From an uncultured bacterium (GTDB lineage: Bacteria > Patescibacteriota > Minisyncoccia > UBA6257 > GWB1-50-10), in contig CAVYJB010000001.1 in the NCBI GenBank assembly GCA_963768835.1, positions 152,420 through 216,419 of the forward strand: DNA of 64,000 nt. The letters are read 5' to 3'. Numbering within the stretch: position 1 is the first letter of the stretch; the number at the start of each line of letters is the position of its first letter. Shown here in pieces: positions 62,770 through 64,000 of this stretch. The translations under genes were made by a program, and so were the position numbers. A model generated the notes under the pieces. The model did not search any database. It was not told where the DNA came from and was given only the letters and a program-made list of their open reading frames with translations.

Positions 62770-62970
62770 CTAGCGAGGGTGCGCGGCGAGTTCCCTGAGC
62801 GTGCGGGCTTGGAAGTGGCCGACCACATTGTCCACCTCGAACGCGCTCTGGATGGAAGCGTGGATGGCGCTCTGAACGTTCACGCGGATACTAAAGAGGA
62901 CTCCGAAGAGCCCGGCGAGAAAAACGCCGCTGATGATGAAGTAAGCTGCGCGGAGGAGGAAACGTGTCAT
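62770..62970 (-). CDS. Hypothetical small membrane protein
   Basis: 66-aa ORF with one TM helix; tightly packed between gap and rpiB. Confidence 0.3.
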   Translation of the reverse strand: MTRFLLRAAYFIISGVFLAGLFGVLFSIRVNVQSAIHASIQSAFEVDNVVGHFQARTLRELAAHPR

Positions 62971-63986
62971 GGAAGAAGCTTCGCCGCGGCCTCCACGTGC
63001 CGCACGAGCGTCGCGACATACCCCGCCTCGTTGTCATACCAGGAAAGCACCTTGACGAGCGTCCCGCCCACGACCTTCGTGAACGCCGGGTCCACGATGG
63101 CTCCGTAGGGCTCCCCCACGATGTCCGAGGACACCACCTGGTCCTCCGCCACCTTCAGGAGACCCTGCCAGCGGGGCTCTGCCGCAGCCGCACGGAGAAT
63201 GCTATTCACTTCTTCCACGGAGGTTGCGCGTTTCGCGACGAAGGTGATGTCCGCGATGGAGCCCGCGGCGACGGGCACGCGGATGGCGATGCCGTCGAAG
63301 TTGCCCGCAAGGGCGGGGACCACGCGCGTGACCGCGATGGCAGCTCCCGTCGTCGAGGGTGTTATGTTCTGCGCCGCGGCGCGGCCGCGGCGGAAATCAT
63401 CTCCCTTGGTCGGCCCGTCCACGATGGACTGGGTCGCCGTGTACGCGTGGATGGTGTCGAGGATTGCGTGCTCAATGCCAGGGTTTTCCGAAAGCACGGC
63501 GATAACGGGCGCAGCCGCATTCGTCGTGCAGGAACCGTTCGAGGTGATGGCCACAGACACAAAGTCGCCCTCATTCACGCCCATGAGAACCGTATGGCCG
63601 AGCGCGCCGTCGGCATCCTTCGCGGGCGCGGTGATCACGACGCGCTTCGCGCCGGCGTCCAAATGCACCTTCGCTTTCTCGAACGACTCAAAGATGCCGG
63701 TGGACTCCACCACGATATCCACGCCGAGATCCCTCCAGGGGAGCTTCATGGGGTCTTTTTCTTCAAGGAATCGGATGTCCTTCCCGTCCACGCGCAGGGT
63801 GCCCGGGGAACTTTTGACTTCTTTCGCGTAACGCCCGTAGACGGTGTCGTATTTCAAAAGATAGGCGAGGTTTTCCGCGTTTCCGAGGTCGTTTACCGCC
63901 ACGATCTCAATGCCCTCGCGGCCAAACGCGCTTCGAAAAAATAACCTCCCAATCCTCCCAAATCCGTTGATCGCAATTTTTGCCAT
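62967..63986 (-). CDS. gap: Glyceraldehyde-3-phosphate dehydrogenase (type I)
   Basis: MAKIAINGFGRIGRLFFR...SCTTN...; -10 TATAAT ~8 nt upstream of the ATG. Confidence 0.95.
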   Translation of the reverse strand: MAKIAINGFGRIGRLFFRSAFGREGIEIVAVNDLGNAENLAYLLKYDTVYGRYAKEVKSSPGTLRVDGKDIRFLEEKDPMKLPWRDLGVDIVVESTGIFESFEKAKVHLDAGAKRVVITAPAKDADGALGHTVLMGVNEGDFVSVAITSNGSCTTNAAAPVIAVLSENPGIEHAILDTIHAYTATQSIVDGPTKGDDFRRGRAAAQNITPSTTGAAIAVTRVVPALAGNFDGIAIRVPVAAGSIADITFVAKRATSVEEVNSILRAAAAEPRWQGLLKVAEDQVVSSDIVGEPYGAIVDPAFTKVVGGTLVKVLSWYDNEAGYVATLVRHVEAAAKLLP

Positions 63987-64000
63987 GTGGGTATTATAGC

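Overview
This 64-kb window is high-GC (about 60%) and bacterial. The gene content matches a small-genome, Patescibacteria/CPR-like organism with many type IV pilins, a split transketolase and a PPP/lower-glycolysis cluster; lineage is my inference. Almost all genes lie on the minus strand.

Core content, left to right:
- dcw cluster: mraZ-rsmH-ftsL-ftsI-murF.
- rplJ-rplL, parA and a frameshifted parB, rpsF-ssb-rpsR, rpoB and rpoC (rpoC carries two 1-nt frameshifts).
- mltG, a SEDS protein, tpiA.
- A glycosylation module: GT2, GtrA, GT39.
- A TraD/VirD4-like ATPase.
- A large type IV pilus locus: LamG pseudopilin, a 1404-aa FN3/IPT surface protein with a perfect internal tandem duplication, PilC, PilB, four tandem pilin paralogs and a response regulator.
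- A single 16S rRNA gene not followed by 23S.
- rpmE, rplY, a domain-1-less RF1, an M23 peptidase.
- fba, pfkB, split tkt, rpe, rpiB, gap.
- Three tRNAs: Glu-CTC, Val-CAC, Leu-CAA.

The most notable feature is at the left end: a diversity-generating retroelement (DGR).
- A 222-aa target gene (1025..1693, minus) has a C-terminal variable repeat (VR, 1041..1154).
- A 114-bp template repeat (TR, 599..712) matches the VR except at 14 interior positions.
- All 14 are TR adenines on the coding strand, which is the DGR mutagenesis signature.
- An Avd-like four-helix-bundle gene (184..572) sits beside the TR and is interrupted by a C11 homopolymer.
- A second copy of the target gene's conserved 5' leader lies at the window edge.
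- No reverse transcriptase is present in the window.
- The DGR sits next to a large serine recombinase, a low-GC cargo gene and tRNA-Glu, so it is probably part of an integrated element.

Several single-nucleotide frameshifts fall in essential, clearly conserved genes (rpoC, parB). Most are at short homopolymers, so I treat them as probable assembly/sequencing indels rather than true pseudogenes.
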